Source of the DNA: a virus
Taxonomy: Duplodnaviria; Caudoviricetes
Virus record (IMG/VR): IMGVR_UViG_3300042890_001542
Location: 1 to 39,268 of that record
Length of the DNA stretch: 39,268 nt
Reading direction: 5' to 3' (one strand)
Both the position numbers and the translations under genes were made by a program. Positions 36,673 to 39,268 of the stretch are shown in pieces. Position 1 is the stretch's first letter, and every line of letters begins with the position of its first letter. The notes below the pieces were generated by a model, which searched no databases, was not told the origin of the DNA, and worked only from the letters and a program-made list of their open reading frames with translations.

Positions 36673-37169
36673 TGAGAATCGTTGACAACTACAATTATCT
36701 GCCAGGTTGCTGTTGGATCTGTCGAGGGGTCGCAAAACCCATCATTGACATGGAACTAGACCTGGATGGTCACAACAGTCCCGACGACGCAAACCCGTCA
36801 GCAATCACTCGTCTATACATCTGTGCCGACTGTGCGCTAGAACTAGCTCGCATGGTTGCACCAGCCCGTGCAATAGAAATGCACCGTTACGGAGAATTCG
36901 CAGCAATGTCAGCAGTCGCCAAAGAAATGGGTGACCGGGCAGAAATAGCAGAAGAACGCCTTGCCTTAATCGCAGGAGCAATCGTGGGTGTAGACTCACA
37001 ACCTGTAGAGCAGGCAGGCCCTACAAGTCAACTCGACGAGGATGATCCGCAACCAGGCTCCGCACGGCCTGTAGTCGCAGGTTCACCCCTTACCAGCAAG
37101 CGAGGTCGTCCTCGTCGGGAAGACACCCCCAAACCCGAAATAGATACTGATTTCGTTGGTGATCTGTGA
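36672..37169 (+). CDS. Zinc-finger-like hypothetical protein (CWIC...CADC) with AT-hook-like KRGRPRR
   Basis: Coupled gene between terL and portal. Confidence 0.65.
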   Translation: MRIVDNYNYLPGCCWICRGVAKPIIDMELDLDGHNSPDDANPSAITRLYICADCALELARMVAPARAIEMHRYGEFAAMSAVAKEMGDRAEIAEERLALIAGAIVGVDSQPVEQAGPTSQLDEDDPQPGSARPVVAGSPLTSKRGRPRREDTPKPEIDTDFVGDL

Positions 37170-37375
37170 TATTCGCAGCGTTCAGCCTCGTCGCCCTACT
37201 GGGCATTGTCCTGTTGTTACTACGCGAGAACCGTAGATTGACTAATCTATTGTTGGCAAAGAACCCATCAGCAGCTATCGCCGCCGAAAAGTTCTCTAAG
37301 TCAACAAAGAAAGAACAAGTCGATCCTCGGTCACGAACATCGTGGCAGTCACCAACTGAAGGCGTAGGGCCATGA
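37166..37375 (+). CDS. Small single-TM protein (69 aa)
   Basis: GTGA overlap. Hydrophobic N-terminus. Confidence 0.6.
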   Translation: MIFAAFSLVALLGIVLLLLRENRRLTNLLLAKNPSAAIAAEKFSKSTKKEQVDPRSRTSWQSPTEGVGP

Positions 37376-39268
37376 AACCTTGGGAACCACCCAAACCAAC
37401 AGATGTCATTGACCTATGGAACAAGGCTGACCGCTATCTCCTAAAAGAACGCCGGGACTACTGGATGAACGCGTCCTACAACAGCGGTCAACAATGGATT
37501 TGGTGGGATCAGACCCGCAACATCGTCCAAGAACTGGACTATGCCAACGACAACGAACGGTACACGCGTATCACCGTAGACAAGTTTGGGCCTCGTACAA
37601 CAAACCTTTTATCTCGTATGACGCGCTCCCCACTCGTATGGGAGATCGAGCCATCAGGAACCGATGACGCATCAGCTCGTCGCCAACGCCTACAAGAACA
37701 ACTTCTCCTATCGGAAGCCCACGAACAAGACTGGGCTGACATCCGTGAAGAACACCTTCTTCAAGTGCTATACGGTGGATCAGCAGCCGTATCTATTGAA
37801 TGGGATCCTCAACTAGGCAAGATCGTTGCCACCGACCCCGTGACCGCTATCCCGATCCCCGCTGGTGGTGTACGCCTCACACCCCTCGGTATCAGCGAAT
37901 TCTGTCTAGAACCAGGTTCACAGTCAGTTGATGACGCTCGTTACTGGATCAAATGTGTCGCTCTACCCCCTGAGCAGGTCAAAGAACGCTACGACCTTGA
38001 CTTTGATCCCGTACCTGACGCTGAAGCATCATTGTCATCGCGCCACCGCACATTGCTCTCGCGTCGACCACAAGGTCAACCACCCCGCTTAACCCTTGTC
38101 TACTGCTATTACGAACGCCCAACCAACCGTACTCCTGGTTGCGTCGTCCACGTCGTAAACAACAAGCAGGTATACGCCTACGGCAACGGACAAGGCTGGC
38201 CATTCCCGTTCCCCCGCCTCAACATCGCTATCGGTATCCAGCGGAAAATCCCTCGTACATGGGTCGGGAACACACTTCTCACCCCGGCACGAGACATCCA
38301 GTACGCCTACAACCGTGCGCGCTCAACCATCCTTGAACATATGCGTAAAGCAGCCAACGCTCGACTGATGGTTCCCGCAGGATCAATTGAAGACTCCGAC
38401 ACTATTACGACCGACCCCGCCGACGTTCTTGAGTACAACGCTGAACTGGGCGAACCGCATTGGCAGTCAGCACCCGAAGTCCCCCGCTGGATCAGCAACG
38501 AAGCAGCACAACTTGAAGCAGAGATGGACGACATCTTCTCCACCCACGCTGTTTCTCGTGGTCAAGCCCCTGGTGACCGCAACTCAGGACTTGCCCTATC
38601 GGTATTGGCTGAAAAAGACGACGGCCCACTAGCACCAATGGCACGAAACCAGTCCGCTGTTTGGGCGCGTATCGGTCAAATGACGTTGCAGTTGTACCGT
38701 GCCTACGCCCAGCAATCAGGCATGGTGCGATCACAAACGATCACCACCCAGCAAGGATCAACCGTCCAGTTTGAATGGACAGCCGACGACATTGACGAAA
38801 CCCCACAAGTCAAAGTCCCGTTAGACGCAACCGCACCACGATCCAAGATTGCAACCCAGTCCGTCATCACATCGCTGGCACAAACCTTCCCAGCAGCATT
38901 CCAAAACATTGACGGCCCAAGCCTGTCAAGACTGCTCGACCTTCCCGACCCCAAAGGTTTCATGGCATCAGCAGATCCCGATGTCGCTAAAGCCGAATGG
39001 GAAAACGGACTACTCATGCAGGCAACCCCTGTCATGCCAGCCGACTTTGACGACCACGCCAAACATATTGCCCAACACAACCGTGAGCGCAAATCCCCTG
39101 CATACGAGCTTGCAACACCCGATGTGCGACAGGCAATTGATGTTCACGTTCAAGCGCACCAAAAGCTGGCCGCCGACGAGGCAGCCGCACAACTCGCCCA
39201 ACAGCAACAGATGCCGGGATCAGAAATGCTCCCGCAAGCCAATGAAGCACCTGGATCATTGGTTCCAC
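37372..39268 (+). CDS. Portal protein (P22-like), 3'-truncated
   Basis: Missing from the ORF track because it has no stop. Open for more than 630 codons (MKPWEPPKP...YNSGQQW...RDIQYAYNRARS...RGQAPGDRNSGLALS), downstream of terL. Confidence 0.85.
   Translation, partial: MKPWEPPKPTDVIDLWNKADRYLLKERRDYWMNASYNSGQQWIWWDQTRNIVQELDYANDNERYTRITVDKFGPRTTNLLSRMTRSPLVWEIEPSGTDDASARRQRLQEQLLLSEAHEQDWADIREEHLLQVLYGGSAAVSIEWDPQLGKIVATDPVTAIPIPAGGVRLTPLGISEFCLEPGSQSVDDARYWIKCVALPPEQVKERYDLDFDPVPDAEASLSSRHRTLLSRRPQGQPPRLTLVYCYYERPTNRTPGCVVHVVNNKQVYAYGNGQGWPFPFPRLNIAIGIQRKIPRTWVGNTLLTPARDIQYAYNRARSTILEHMRKAANARLMVPAGSIEDSDTITTDPADVLEYNAELGEPHWQSAPEVPRWISNEAAQLEAEMDDIFSTHAVSRGQAPGDRNSGLALSVLAEKDDGPLAPMARNQSAVWARIGQMTLQLYRAYAQQSGMVRSQTITTQQGSTVQFEWTADDIDETPQVKVPLDATAPRSKIATQSVITSLAQTFPAAFQNIDGPSLSRLLDLPDPKGFMASADPDVAKAEWENGLLMQATPVMPADFDDHAKHIAQHNRERKSPAYELATPDVRQAIDVHVQAHQKLAADEAAAQLAQQQQMPGSEMLPQANEAPGSLVP

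Noticed and set aside
1-39268. CRISPR arrays, tRNA/rRNA genes, IS elements, reverse transcriptase
   Set aside because: No repeat-spacer array, cloverleaf, transposase or YxDD-type RT ORF was seen by eye. A tRNAscan or HMM run would confirm.

Overview
The window is a nearly complete, circularly permuted genome of a tailed dsDNA bacteriophage with podovirus-like (P22/T7-type) morphogenesis genes. It opens inside the major capsid gene and ends inside the portal gene, so only the portal end, a probable scaffold gene and the capsid start are missing. Plus-strand order: capsid, head/tail proteins, tail fibre with an S74 chaperone, metallophosphoesterase, lysis genes, ejection-like proteins (one of 1982 aa), RusA, an ADP-ribosyltransferase, a transglycosylase-like lipoprotein, RecT-like protein, WhiB and a C5 DNA methyltransferase. 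Then come a minus-strand tyrosine-recombinase-like gene, a leftward operon with its own promoter and terminator, about 950 nt of structured non-coding DNA, and the terminase/portal genes. WhiB implies an Actinomycetota host (inference). No polymerase, helicase, primase or initiator is recognisable. Best leads: (1) a hairpin-rich minus-strand non-coding element running into G-tracts at an apparent strand-skew switch, a candidate RNA-primed origin; (2) an EcoHK31I-beta-like gene nested out of frame in the methyltransferase; (3) an AT-rich R-S-E ADP-ribosyltransferase fused to a virion-like N-terminus; (4) an orphan DGR-like variable region in the tail fibre; (5) a catalytically degenerate tyrosine recombinase; (6) two divergent GP88-family genes. 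All family calls come from motif recognition by eye, without database searches.
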